A stretch of 64,000 bases of DNA from NCBI GenBank assembly GCA_052426225.1, contig JBNJNM010000012.1:682001-746000 (forward strand), given 5' to 3'. Every line of letters starts with the position of its first letter. Positions within the stretch are counted from its first letter, which is position 1. Below are positions 12,144-24,379 of the stretch, in pieces. The translations under genes were made by a program, and so were the position numbers. The notes under the pieces are model-generated. The model did not search any database, was not told the DNA's origin, and saw only the letters and a program-made list of their open reading frames with translations. The stretch is from Zancudomyces culisetae HAW-14-8 (taxonomy: Eukaryota > Fungi > Kickxellomycota).

Positions 12144-14901
12144 ATGGGTTTTAAAAAGAAAACAGGAAAGGGACGGTTGGACAAGTACTACCACTTGGCG
12201 AAGGAGCAGGGCTACAGAGCCCGTTCGGCGTTCAAGTTGATTCAATTGAACAAAAAATACAATTTCTTGGGATCTGCTAGGGCTCTAATCGATCTTTGTG
12301 CTGCACCAGGAGGTTGGCTGCAAGTTGCACAGAAATATATGCCTAGCTCAAGTGTAATAGTAGGAGTGGATTTGGTGCCGATTAAACCAATACCCAAGGT
12401 TATTACGCTTGTGGAAGATATTACAACGGATAAATGTAGAAACAGCTTGAGTCAAACACTAAAAACCTGGAAGGCTGACGTGTAAGTGTTCAGTGTTACT
12501 ACTGTAGTATTAAAGCAGCAAAATTAAAGAAAAACTACATTTTTTAACATAAATTTTTAAGGATTGTCACTAATTGAAACAAAATGGTAATAGAGTATTA
12601 CATGACGGTGCACCAAATGTGGGTGCGGCATGGGAACATGATGCATTTACACAGGCAGAGCTGGTATTGAAATCATTGAGTCTGGCAACCGAGTTTTTGA
12701 AAAAGGGAGGTGTTTTTGTTACCAAGGTGTTTAGATCACGCGATTATAATAGCTTGTTGTGGGTGTTTAATCAGCTTTTCGAAAAGGTGGAGGCAACCAA
12801 ACCACCATCATCCAGAAACGTATCAGCGGAAATATTTGTGGTGTGTCAGGGCTTCAAAGCACCAAAGAAGATTGATAGCAAGTTTTTAGATAGTAGATAT
12901 GTATTTGAAGAATTGGATCTAACCGGTAAGCAGAATAATGTTGAGGATATTTTTGCGCCAGAGAAAAAGCAAAAGAAACGGCACCGTGAGGGGTACGAGG
13001 AAGGATTAAATGTGTTGTTCAAAAAGCAGAGAGCAATGGATTTTATAAATAGCAAGGAGCCAGCGGTGGTATTGGCCACAAATAACGTGTTGGAATTTGC
13101 TGAAACAGAAGATAAAGAGCTTGCAAAATACCCAGAGACAGATCAAGACATTCTTTTGGCATGTGCTGATTTGAAAGTTTTGGGTAAAAAGGATTTTAGG
13201 AAACTGATGAAATGGCGCGCAAGCATCAGAGAGAGACTGCAGCTAGACGCTAAACAGCAGCAGCAACAGCAAGCTGATAAAAAAGAAGGAGAGGGGGAGG
13301 AAGAATTGGAGAGTGCAGATGAGCTGGAGTTGGTTGCAGAGGCAGACAAAAAAAGACTGCGAAAGGAGCGGAGAAAGGTCAACGAACGACGTAAAAAGCA
13401 ACTTGTAAAGCTTCAACTTAACATGACAACACCAGCTGATATTGGAATGGATCAAGGTGACGAATCTCTGTTCACTATCTCATCCTCAGGTGTTAAATCA
13501 AAGGCCAAAACTATTAGAAAAGTGGTAGGACAGATTGATATAGACGATGCCAATGAACTAGACCCTGATTCAGACATTGAAGAGGAGTTTGGCTATTCGC
13601 ACTCTGAAGATGAAGGTAGCGACTTTGATTCGGGTGATGACATTGCAAAATCGGGACATGACCGCAAAAGAGCTCTAATGATGAACAGAGAGCTTGACAG
13701 ACAGTATTCTCAATACTTGGAAAAGTCATCGACTAAAACTAGACCTGAAAATAATGACAAAAAAGAGTTTCGTGGATTTGATAGCGATCTTGAAAGCATA
13801 GAAAGCTATGGTGATATGGATAAAGATACTTATAGAGATAAGGCATTGGCTGAAGACGACACTGGTAGCGAAAGTGACAGTGATGATGATATGAGCACCA
13901 AGAGAAAGAGACCAGGTCAGTCTCGCAGTGGTGCTTCACCTGATTCGGACGATGAAGAAGCCATTTCCGAAATGAAAAGATCGCTTAAAAAACAAAAAGT
14001 TGAAGACTCTGAATCCATCCAACTCTCCAAACAGGCAGCACTTTGGTTTGACCAACCTTTATTCAAGGATATTCCTATTGCACCTGATTCTATTGAACTT
14101 GATGATACTCAATCAACCACTTCAGCTCCTTCCTCTACCACTGTTTCATCTAAAGCCGAAGCTAATACCAACTCCAAAACTAAATCCAAAGACAAAACCA
14201 AAGCCAATGATAAAGTCAAAGTCACTAATGAGGATGTTCCTACTGTTTTACCTTCTAAGAAAACTCAACAAAAAAAAAATGCTGAACCTGAAGAGGAGGC
14301 TCTTGAGGAGGATGATGATGATCTTGACTATTCAATATTGAATACTCCAGAGGCTCTCACCCTAGCCCACGACTTGCTAAATGGGAATATTACCAAGGAA
14401 AAGCTTATTGACAACTACTATAATAGATACGCTCACAACGATATTCAAGATCTTCCATCCTGGTATTTGGACAACGAAAGAAAGTTCAACAAACCAGTTA
14501 TTCCCATCTCCGAAGACGCTATGAAGTCTTTGAAGGCATCCTCGGAAAAAATCAACTCCAGACCTATAAAGAAGGTTATGGAAGCCAAGGCAAGAAAGAA
14601 GAACAAGTTTTTGAAGAAACTAGAGAAACTAAAGGCTAAAGCTAATGATATGAATGAAAGTACTGATATGACTGAGGCTGAGAAAGCCAAATCCATCCAG
14701 TCAATGATGAGAAAGGGAATTGCTTCTGCCAACGCAAAATCTCGCAAAAACAAAGCCAAGGTTGTCGTTGCTAAAGGTTCTAACAAGAGGGTTAAGGGAA
14801 GACCTAAGGGTGTTAAGGGCAAATACAAGATGGTTGACTCCAGACTCAGAAAGGACCTTCGCAATCAAAAATCAAAATCCAAAAACAAGCGTAGAAAGTA
14901 G
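12144..14901 (+). CDS. SPB1: AdoMet-dependent 25S rRNA 2'-O-methyltransferase Spb1; exons 12144-12481 and 12594-14901
   Basis: [27 protein letters not shown]; splicing restores [14 protein letters not shown]. Spb1 C-terminus [14 protein letters not shown]...[10 protein letters not shown]. Intron GTAAGT...CTAAT...TAG. Confidence 0.96.
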
Positions 14902-15509
14902 TTTTCTCTCTTGATTCGTTTGCTAAAATAACTTTTATATTCTTTTTACTGCTTCTGACATTAAATTTATTTTCTCTGGCACTCTATTTATTCTATTTAA
15001 ATAACAAATGTGTATATAACTGATAATTGTCAAATACTATTATTTTACTTTAATATTCATGTTTATACAGGATATTACAGCGGGCAGACTAGCTTGCTGT
15101 CTATTCTCTTGTAGCGACTATAATATATACTTTGGGTCACCCAGAGTTTATTATCACATTAGAAGTATACAATAACAATCAGAATTGAGAATTTTACAAA
15201 CTGTAAAAACCACACACACCTTTAGTTTAATTTTCAAATACAAAAAAGCTGAGATTACGTGAACAAAGCCATTAAAATCCAGCTCCAAAAGGTTTATTCG
15301 AAAATCTACCCTATTACAAATTGACATCATTGTTTTTTTTAACAATTTTGAATTTTCATTTTCATTTCCATTGTTCAATATTTTTTCCATAACATAAATG
15401 AAGTATTTTATTATTAAAAATCTAAAAACGGAATAGGGAGTTTGAAACTTTATATCATCTACTATACATTTATATATAATTCTAGTGTATACATTTGACT
15501 ACAGCAAAG

Positions 15510-16378
15510 ATGAATCTAATAACCAACATTCTACTTTTTTCATCCGTGACCAGCGCAATCTACTTTTACGCCAACCCTGCTCACCGAGAATGTTTTATCC
15601 AGGAGGCCCCAGCTAAATACGTCGTGAGGGGCAAATACAGCATTTACGAGTACTATACAGCTCAAAAACGAACTGTAGAAAACCAGAATCTAAATATTCA
15701 CATTACTGTAGATGTAAGTACCTTTATTTTGTTCTTAGTGTGTAATAACAAATTTTGAAAGAGAAATTCAGAACATTTTTAATTTCATTATCTATCTTGT
15801 AGTATTTATATTTCAATACCCACAAGATCATCTATTTATAAATATTTAATTTCAACTTTTCATTTTAACGGATAATGATCGTTGGATGATTAATTTATCC
15901 ATATTTTCAAAATATAACCACATTTACTCAAACATGAAATTAGGATATACAAACAAACAAACGGATTATGGATCAGAAGGGCGGACAGCAAGGAAAATTT
16001 TCCTTTTCTGTAGTCACTAGCGGCCGTCAAAACATCTGCTTTACCCCCAACACACCAAACCCTAACATTGCCCCACCAAACAAACTAAAAGTCGAATTTG
16101 ACATTTTCAGTAATGAGGAAGATGTCGACGGCAAAAAGACCGGAGAAAAGGTTTCCGAACTTCAAGCCAACATCAGAATCCTTAACAACAGAATTCTTGG
16201 AATCAGAGACGAACAAAAGTACCAAAAAGAACGAGAAGCTCAGTTCAACGAGACTGTAAAATCTATCAACAAGAGAGTATACGTGTGGGCCTTGATTCAG
16301 GTTATCCTAATTGGACTTGTTTGTTATTGGCAACTCAAGCACCTCAGGAGATTCTTTGAGGCTAAAAAACTCGTCTAA
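15510..16378 (+). CDS. p24/emp24/gp25L family COPII cargo receptor (p24-alpha type); exons 15510-15713 and 15944-16378
   Basis: Signal peptide, GOLD-domain cysteines (RECF, NICF), coiled coil, TM helix and tail HLRRFFEAKKLV. In-frame GTAAGT...TAG intron. Confidence 0.92.
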
Positions 16379-18531
16379 ACTTTTCTCTTTAAAAAATTAA
16401 TATGTTTTTTTTTTTTGATTAACTTTTATTACTGTTTACTCAAAAATAAATACCTCCAATCTCGTTTATATATTAGTTGGGATAACACTAGTAAGAATGT
16501 AATATATTAAAAGTGTTATTTAGCAAAAATCCGTTTTTAAAAAACTAAAGTGCGTTATTAAACTAGTTAAAAATTTCAGGATTGATGTGTAGTTTTAATC
16601 AACTTTATATTTTTCAGACATGTTGCTTGTGAATTTGAAATATCACATATTCAGCAAGATTACTCTGGTCGAGATAACTTGTAATTATGTTTGTTTTTGA
16701 GTATTTAACAGTTGATAAAATTGTATATAATAACAAGCTAAAATATATGCTTTAAAAAAGAGACTAACATTTCCGCGTTTTTCTGTTCACACTCACATAC
16801 ATTTTATTCTAGTTCTACATTACACATGGTGTGAAAAGTGAGGTTCTTATTAATTATTCAAGACATTGCTCTCAATCGCAGTAGTTTATAAATTGAGTCG
16901 TGGTCAATTCACCAACAAAAGGATTATCAATATTATAAAGTAATATAATGTACATGTTATTATTTATCAGAAATATTTTTCTGTTAAGGTGAATGGCTGA
17001 GGTAAGTATAGCACTGATTATGACGGTTATGCTCAGGTCTCGGGTCACGTATCTAGTTCTGATTGCCGTATTGAATGTTAAAATTGCTGTAATTATAAAT
17101 CATATAATATTAAACACTAGATAGTATACTATAAAGTACAGTTTCTATGGGTTTATTAAAAGCTTAACAAGTATCATTTTTATCAAATTAGTATCAACTT
17201 GTTCTCTTTAAAATATGGTAATTTCTTTGAATGGTTTCTATAACAAAATGTAATATTGCCTTTAAAATAAAGCTGTAAAATAATTAACGTGTCCCCTCAC
17301 TCAATACATGGTTTCTCACATCCTATACGTAAAAAAATACATCTGGTATAATTATAAAAATACTTTAGGATGTCGACAAAAAAATAATTCAATAAATAGT
17401 TTTAAACAAAAGAAAAAGACTGTAACAGAATTTTATAAACGTACCCATATTTTGATATGTCGGGATCAAGTAAACAAAGTCAATCACAAGAAAAACCAAC
17501 CTCAACATAAATTGATATATTTTTCAAATTATATGATTGCTGAGTTAAGGTATATCACAAGATGATGTCAGCTATACTCAAGTCCCGGATATCATCACAA
17601 GTTTTGATTGCCGTTAAACGTATAATTCAATTTTATTTATTTTGTTAGAATAATAATAAAATCAATTGTAAATAAACTCGTCTTTAAACACTAGCAATAT
17701 TAGTATGTATAAAAAACGTATATAAATAAATTCAGATAAAAAGGCTAAAGATTTTTCTTTTAGTTGGCCGACTCTCGATATATGTTCTTTGCTCTTCAAT
17801 ATACTATCCTAGATCGTTTTTTCCTAAAAATTTTTCTTGCTTTCATTATAAATTATATACCACTAAAGAAATCAGTAAATTCACTACCTAACAGTATGTA
17901 GCTGATAAACTACAATATACTATTGCAATACCCTCAATATTTTATTCGCTGATCAATATGCTACATTTCTATCCTAATTGTCTATATTAAAATTGAGGAA
18001 TCTCCAATTGATATAAATTATCTAGAAGAATGATATTAAGATACAAATAGATGAAAAATATGATATAATGTAGTACAACGGATACATACTTTTTGTTAGC
18101 GAATCAATTGCGATTCCTTAGTAGAAGATAACTACCATTGATAGCTAGCAGAATAAATAGTAAAAATGATCTAAGATAGTAAAGTGAATAACAAACCGAA
18201 TAAAACAAGAGCGGACAACGAAAATAGCATCTTTAGCTTTTCTAACAAGAACATACTTTACATATACGTTTTTATATACTTAATAATTGAAAATAGCACC
18301 TTACTGATATAGTTTACTTAGTGTTACATTAGTTTAATCAATAATAAAAGGTATATAAAACATTCTTCATACGGCAAACATGAATAATGAAGTGATCGGA
18401 TAACTGAGTATAACTGACTTAATCAGTGCTATACGAAACTCAGCCATCACATTAGCTGAAAAATATAAAGATAACTTATGACATCTACAATATATTACAA
18501 TAAAAGAAAATAGTAATTTAATAAAAAGGAT

Positions 18532-18602
18532 TGCGTCAGCCGGGAGTCGAACCCGGGCCAATTGCTTGGAAGGCAACTATTCTACCGCTATACTACTAAC
18601 GC
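18532..18602 (-). tRNA. tRNA-Gly (anticodon TCC)
   Basis: Reverse complement GCGTTAG-TAGTATAGCGGTAGAATA-GTTGC CT TCC AA GCAAT-TGGC-CCGGG TTCGACT CCCGG-CTGACGC-A folds as a cloverleaf. An oligo-T terminator lies just downstream. Confidence 0.96.
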
Positions 18603-18608
18603 TTGTTT

Positions 18609-18979
18609 TGTCGTGAATTTAAATCATCATAATTTATATTTTTTCCCAATGGGTTTTTAATAAATTGCAAAGATGGTTAAATTAAATTCACGTAACATCC
18701 TTGTAAATCTGAGAATCACACTGTCATAGATGAGTCATGGGAATCATCTATAAATGATTTACAACATCTTTTCCCATTCAACAAGGGGAAACCCCCTGTT
18801 TCAATAATATTATTATAATTCATATTTCACATGTTTAAAACAGTTATAACTTTATAATTAAATTTATTATAGTAGTAGTTCGTTAGACCCAAAAAATTAT
18901 ATAAGGGCAAATAATTTCTATCTAGTTTTGGAGATGACTTAAGCAAATAAAAATATAAAAATATAATATTCACACGACA
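18609..18979 (+). mobile_element. Solo LTR, family X (TGTCGTG...CACGACA), 6 bp upstream of tRNA-Gly
   Basis: TG...CA ends with short TIRs. The first ~110 bp (TTTTCCCA.TGGGTTTT motif) are shared with copies at 30033, 34812, 41871 and 59842 (rc). Confidence 0.85.
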
Positions 18980-18990
18980 TGTTGTTGTAA

Positions 18991-21900
18991 TGTCGGGAAA
19001 ATTTGCACAATAAGATTTTCCTAGAGAGAATCGCGGGATCGGCGGTTAATCTTCTCACAATAGGATCAACCGAACATCCTATTGTGAGCAAAATTAACAA
19101 TTACTTATTATCCTAACTTTTATTAGTATTTATTAGTATAAACTTATTTATTAGTACAACGGAAATTAGATATAAGCAAAGCTAATTTCCACTGTTTCGA
19201 ACTTTACCTTCAAATTTCACAATAAATCGTATACATAGCAACAATAGTAAATTTTATACGACAGTTTTGGCGCTCCCAGCTAGGCTAACAAATAGTATTA
19301 TTTAATAAATAAGTAAAAATTAGAATGATGTCAGAAAAAGCAATCAAGTCGTCCGCAAAAGCAGTGGCAGAAAAGGCTGTTGAAACACACCAAGAAAAGC
19401 AGAGGCTCATACAAAATCAGGCCAGTGATAATACTGCTCCAACAATGTGTAATCATATGATTCTTAATTACAAATTGATTGAACCAGAAATTTTCAGCAC
19501 AAACTCCAATATGGATCCATCTAAATGGATTAGAAGATATGAACTGTGTGCTAGAAGAAATGGTTGGAAAGATAAAGACATGGTAGATCTTATGGAATTA
19601 TACCTCGAAGGTCGTGCACTACTATGGTTTGAACGCGAGTGTAGCGAAGATAACACTTGGAGTGAAATCAAAAACAAGTTCATACTTCAGTTTGAAGGTC
19701 CTGAAGGTGAACTTATAGCCTGGAACCAGTTACAGCTGCTTAAAAAGTCACCCGAAGAAGACGTGGAAGAGCTAGTCTCAAAAATCGAAAAGCTCTTTAA
19801 TACAGCTAAAATTTCAGATGATGCAATAAAGTTTAAACTACTTTTTGCTGCCATGGACCCGGAAGCACAAAAAGGAATATTGAGTGATAGGTGCAAAACA
19901 TATAAAGAGGCAATTACCTCCATTATGGAAACCGAGAGACTAAATAAAATATGCACCACAATTAAGTCTCAAATAAGTTCAGAGCCCGTTAAAAACGAAG
20001 GCGATAAAAAGTATGAGGAACTTTTATTCATGTTTAATGATCTAAAAACATGCCTACTAGAAGTTACTAACCAAAGGAATCGGCCCCAAAACAGATATAA
20101 CACTAACAACTATGAAAGAAATGATGGTAGGTATCAAAATACCTATGTTAATCGTACAAGTATAAACCAAACAAGTCAATACAACAGCAATGAAAAAAGA
20201 GACCCAAAACCACAGGCTGTATCAAAAATGGATAGCAAAGGAGACCCTACCAATCCGGTAGCTTGCATAGAAGTGGAAAATTTGACTTTTCAAAATAAGG
20301 ACTTGTCAAATATAACACTTACCGATATCAAAGACAATGAAATTGAATTATTCGCTACTGAAAAAAGGAAAATTGAAGAGGAAGACAACCAAAGGTTCGT
20401 TAAGCACAAATCATACGGTATATCGTCTGAAGTAAATAATCCGTTTGTGGAAGAACCAAATTTTAGTAATTTCGGATCTATTAATGATCAGCTAAACCCT
20501 AATAATGACAAAAATAACAATTACAACAATCATAAAATTGAAGATAACCAGAAAACATTGAAAAAAATTGAAGATAACTATAAAACCATGCAAAAAAATG
20601 AAGATAACTATGTAATTATACAAAAAAATGAAGATAATTTTGAAAACACAAAAACAAATGAAAACTTTAAAAACTACAATTCAAATAATAATATATTAAA
20701 GATAAAAAACAATAGTTTAGATACTACAACCGTAAAAACTTCTGAAGACTATAACATAACAGCTCACCTGAACAAATTAAAGGCAGATATATCTATACAA
20801 CAGTTACTAAAAATATCCCCTACTGTAAAAAACCAACTATTTGAGTTATGTAAGCCGATGGAGAAGGAGGTATTTATAAATAGCACAGATGAATTAAACG
20901 TCTCAAATTGCAGAACTGTTGCTACTATAAATGGCTTAAAGTTTACTACAATTGTGGATACAGGCGCAGCTTGCTGTGTAATGCCTGAATACGTGTTAAG
21001 GCAAACAGGACTAAGACATAACGCCAGTAATAAGCAAATAATAACCACGGCAGATGGTAACCAACATTTGACCCTGGGAATTGTTGAAAAAGTTCCAATC
21101 AGTTTTGCGAACCTTAACTTTGAGGTCGACTTTATAGTTATGGATACTAAAAAGTCTTCTCTCATTCTAGGAACCAACTGGTTATTAAAATATGATGTTA
21201 CAATAAAAATGAAAGACAACGAGCTGATGATACCTACTAAGGGGTGTAAACTATCAATTCCTTTAAGTACAAGTTCACAAAGCAGTGATACTACAAACAA
21301 GGAAGAACTAGTAGGTGTTGGTAAAGAGGTTTTGTTAATGGAATGCAATATATTTACTGATACTTCTCCACAAATTGTAGATTTAATAAATAAAAACAAC
21401 GATATACTAGTGGAAGACTATACAGACTTAGAAGGTACAGATATTGTTGAACACGCAATCGACACAGGTAATCATCCGCCAATTAAACAACGTCCCTATC
21501 GAATTCCACACATGATGAAGGATTTAGCCCGAGAAGAGTTACGCAGAATGGAAGAAAAGGGAATTATTGAACCTTGCAACTCGGACTGGTGTGCTCCAGT
21601 TGTCACGGTGTGGAAAAAAGACGGATCTATACGTATATGCTCAGATTTTAGAAAACTTAATGCAATAACTAAAAAGGACACCTATCCGCTTCCTATAATT
21701 TCAGATATTTTTGATGCACTCGCAGGGGCAATGGTTTATAGCTCATTGGACGCACTCGCAGGATTTTGGCAGGTTCGAGTGCGACAGGAGGACAAAGAAA
21801 AAACAGCGTTTGCGTTGCCAGGGAAAGGACTTTACTGTTATAACGTAATGCCTTTTGGCTTATGTAACAGTCCTGCAACGTTTCAACGTTTAATGGAAAG

Positions 21901-24375
21901 GGTATTAAGACCAGTATTATGGAAATGCGCCCTGGTTTTTATTGACGATATAATCGTATATTCAAATTCTGTAGAACAACATACAAAAGACTTAGCTAGT
22001 GTATTTGAGCTTTTACGTAGCGCAAAGATTAAGTTGAATAGGAAAAAATGCAGTTTTGGACAAAACAAACTTCATTACCTAGGACATATTATTTCGAATC
22101 AAGGAGTGCATACCAATTCAGAAAAGGTGAAAGCCATGCTAACCATAAAAGACCCAACTAACATTAAAGAATTACAGAGTGTTTTAGGCACAACAGGGTA
22201 TTATCGAAAGTTCATAAAAAACTACGCTCAAATAGCGAAACCATTAACAGATTTGTTGAGAAAAGATATCCCATGGCATTGGAATAATACACATAGTCAT
22301 GCAGTAGAAATTTTAAAATCTAGTCTAGTCAATTCACCTATATTAAAATATCCAAATTGGGATAAAGATTTTATAGTTACGACTGATGCTTCAGGAAAAG
22401 GACTAGGAGCGATACTGAGTCAGGAATACGACGGCAAAGAATATCCTATAGCTTACGCCAGCAGGACTTTGAGCAAGGCTGAAAAAAATTATTCAGCTAC
22501 TCACCTAGAAGGGTTGGGAGTCATATGGGGTATAAATCAATATAGAAACTACATTTGGGGGCGGAAGTTTATACTGGTAACAGACCACTCAGCGTTGACA
22601 TCCTTGTTTAAATCTAAGGAGGGAACAGGCAGAATAGCAAGATGGAGTCTACAACTAAGCGAGTATGAATTTACAATGGTACACAGAAAAGGAAAACTAA
22701 ACCCTGCAGACGCATTATCGAGGCAAGTTACTGAAAACACATTTGATGAAAATATCGCTGGAGATAAGGAACTTGAAGTATTTGTTTTAAATTTTGAATT
22801 ATATTCAAACATAAAAAACTATATTACTGAAAAAATCATACCTGCGAATTTAGAAAACAAAACAAAAGAACTAATACAAACTAAAGCTCTAAAATACAAA
22901 CATGAAAACGGAAAATTATATTCTTGGACAAGAAAACATGGAAAGCGAGAATTGTTACATGAAGCCAATGCAGAAGAAAAGATTCAAAAATTACATGAAG
23001 TAAACCACCAAGGGATAAATAGTACCTGGGAAGAGGTGAAAAAAGTATACAGTGGACCAGGACTATTCGAAGTAACAAAACACGTTGTTAACTTTTGTGA
23101 CAGGTGCCAACGTTATAGGAGAAGCAGCGGAAGAAATAACTTGTTAGTACCTATTATAGCGAGCAAGCCATTTGATATTTTAGGATTGGATATAATAGGC
23201 CCGATCACTCCAGAAACTGAGAGTGGAAATAAATACATAATTACTGCCATCGACTATCTGACAAAATGGCCTGTGGCAAAAGCACTACCAGACATACGTT
23301 CTGAAACAATAGTGAACTTTCTGATATATGATATAATTTCAGTCTACGGTATCCCAAAAAGGATTATAACCGACAGAGGTACAAACTTCTTAAGTGATAT
23401 AACTACTAAAGTATACTCTATACTAAATATAGATCATAGACCTTCTACGGCCTACCACCCCCAGACAAATGGGCAGGTGGAAAGGTTTAACCAAACGCTG
23501 AAAAATGCGTTAGCCAAAATATGTTTATTCGACAAGACTAATTGGGACCAGTACCTTTGGAAAGCGTTGTTGTCAATAAGATCAGTAAAACATAGAATAA
23601 TCAAAACTAGTCCTTCCATGATGTTGTTTGGGTACGAGATGAACACCCCACTCTCACAAAATTTTGAGGATACGAATGAGAACCTAGACGAAGCAGTATT
23701 GGAAAGAATAGCATACATCTATAATAAGTTACCTGAACTGAGAAAAATTGGAGTTGATAAAATAACACAAAACAAAAACTACGAAAAAGTTAGATATGAC
23801 AAACTAGTAAAAGTAACAAGATTCAATGAAGGAGAAAAGGTTTTAAGACTTGTAGAAAAGCCATATTCAAAGTTTAGTAGCATATGGGAAGGACCATATG
23901 TGATATTAAGAAGACTAGACAAAGGCGCCTATGTTATCGCAGACCCAGAGGATAACAGAGATATAGTCAGCGGCGACAGGATTAAAAGATATAATGAACA
24001 CATCCGAATGGTACCTGAAGTATTGCCTATTAGAATTCAAACAAGATTAAAACAGTTTAGAAGCTTAACTAATCGGGACGATCAGAGCTAAGGAAGGGGG
24101 TCTGTCGGGAAAATTTGCACAATAAGATTTTCCTAGAGAGAATCGCGGGATCGGCGGTTAATCTTCTCACAATAGGATCAACCGAACATCCTATTGTGAG
24201 CAAAATTATCAATTACTTATTATCCTATCATTTAGTAGTATTTATTAGTATAAACTTATTTATTAGTACAACGGAAATTAGATTTAAGCAAAGCTAATTT
24301 CCTCTGTTTCGAACTTTACCTTCAAATTTCACAATAAATCGTATACATAGCAACAATAGTAAATTTTATACGACA
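18991..24375 (+). mobile_element. Ty3/gypsy LTR retrotransposon A, full length
   Basis: 273-bp LTRs at 18991-19263 and 24103-24375 (6 substitutions). tRNA PBS TGGCGCTCCCAGCTAGG at 19268-19284. PPT AAGGAAGGGGG before the 3' LTR. No matching TSD. Confidence 0.96.
19325..24091 (+). CDS. Gag-Pol polyprotein of element A (Gag, PR, RT, RNase H, IN; no chromodomain)
   Basis: Single 1588-aa ORF: VDTGAA (PR), FIDD (RT), TDAS (RNase H), HHCC, DDE (DRGTNF, QTNGQVERFN) and WEGPY. Confidence 0.95.
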   Translation: MMSEKAIKSSAKAVAEKAVETHQEKQRLIQNQASDNTAPTMCNHMILNYKLIEPEIFSTNSNMDPSKWIRRYELCARRNGWKDKDMVDLMELYLEGRALLWFERECSEDNTWSEIKNKFILQFEGPEGELIAWNQLQLLKKSPEEDVEELVSKIEKLFNTAKISDDAIKFKLLFAAMDPEAQKGILSDRCKTYKEAITSIMETERLNKICTTIKSQISSEPVKNEGDKKYEELLFMFNDLKTCLLEVTNQRNRPQNRYNTNNYERNDGRYQNTYVNRTSINQTSQYNSNEKRDPKPQAVSKMDSKGDPTNPVACIEVENLTFQNKDLSNITLTDIKDNEIELFATEKRKIEEEDNQRFVKHKSYGISSEVNNPFVEEPNFSNFGSINDQLNPNNDKNNNYNNHKIEDNQKTLKKIEDNYKTMQKNEDNYVIIQKNEDNFENTKTNENFKNYNSNNNILKIKNNSLDTTTVKTSEDYNITAHLNKLKADISIQQLLKISPTVKNQLFELCKPMEKEVFINSTDELNVSNCRTVATINGLKFTTIVDTGAACCVMPEYVLRQTGLRHNASNKQIITTADGNQHLTLGIVEKVPISFANLNFEVDFIVMDTKKSSLILGTNWLLKYDVTIKMKDNELMIPTKGCKLSIPLSTSSQSSDTTNKEELVGVGKEVLLMECNIFTDTSPQIVDLINKNNDILVEDYTDLEGTDIVEHAIDTGNHPPIKQRPYRIPHMMKDLAREELRRMEEKGIIEPCNSDWCAPVVTVWKKDGSIRICSDFRKLNAITKKDTYPLPIISDIFDALAGAMVYSSLDALAGFWQVRVRQEDKEKTAFALPGKGLYCYNVMPFGLCNSPATFQRLMERVLRPVLWKCALVFIDDIIVYSNSVEQHTKDLASVFELLRSAKIKLNRKKCSFGQNKLHYLGHIISNQGVHTNSEKVKAMLTIKDPTNIKELQSVLGTTGYYRKFIKNYAQIAKPLTDLLRKDIPWHWNNTHSHAVEILKSSLVNSPILKYPNWDKDFIVTTDASGKGLGAILSQEYDGKEYPIAYASRTLSKAEKNYSATHLEGLGVIWGINQYRNYIWGRKFILVTDHSALTSLFKSKEGTGRIARWSLQLSEYEFTMVHRKGKLNPADALSRQVTENTFDENIAGDKELEVFVLNFELYSNIKNYITEKIIPANLENKTKELIQTKALKYKHENGKLYSWTRKHGKRELLHEANAEEKIQKLHEVNHQGINSTWEEVKKVYSGPGLFEVTKHVVNFCDRCQRYRRSSGRNNLLVPIIASKPFDILGLDIIGPITPETESGNKYIITAIDYLTKWPVAKALPDIRSETIVNFLIYDIISVYGIPKRIITDRGTNFLSDITTKVYSILNIDHRPSTAYHPQTNGQVERFNQTLKNALAKICLFDKTNWDQYLWKALLSIRSVKHRIIKTSPSMMLFGYEMNTPLSQNFEDTNENLDEAVLERIAYIYNKLPELRKIGVDKITQNKNYEKVRYDKLVKVTRFNEGEKVLRLVEKPYSKFSSIWEGPYVILRRLDKGAYVIADPEDNRDIVSGDRIKRYNEHIRMVPEVLPIRIQTRLKQFRSLTNRDDQS

Positions 24376-24379
24376 GTCG

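Noticed and set aside
16996-17069. SECIS element or C/D snoRNA
   Set aside because: No convincing SECIS core, canonical box C, or linked in-frame-TGA gene was identified by eye.
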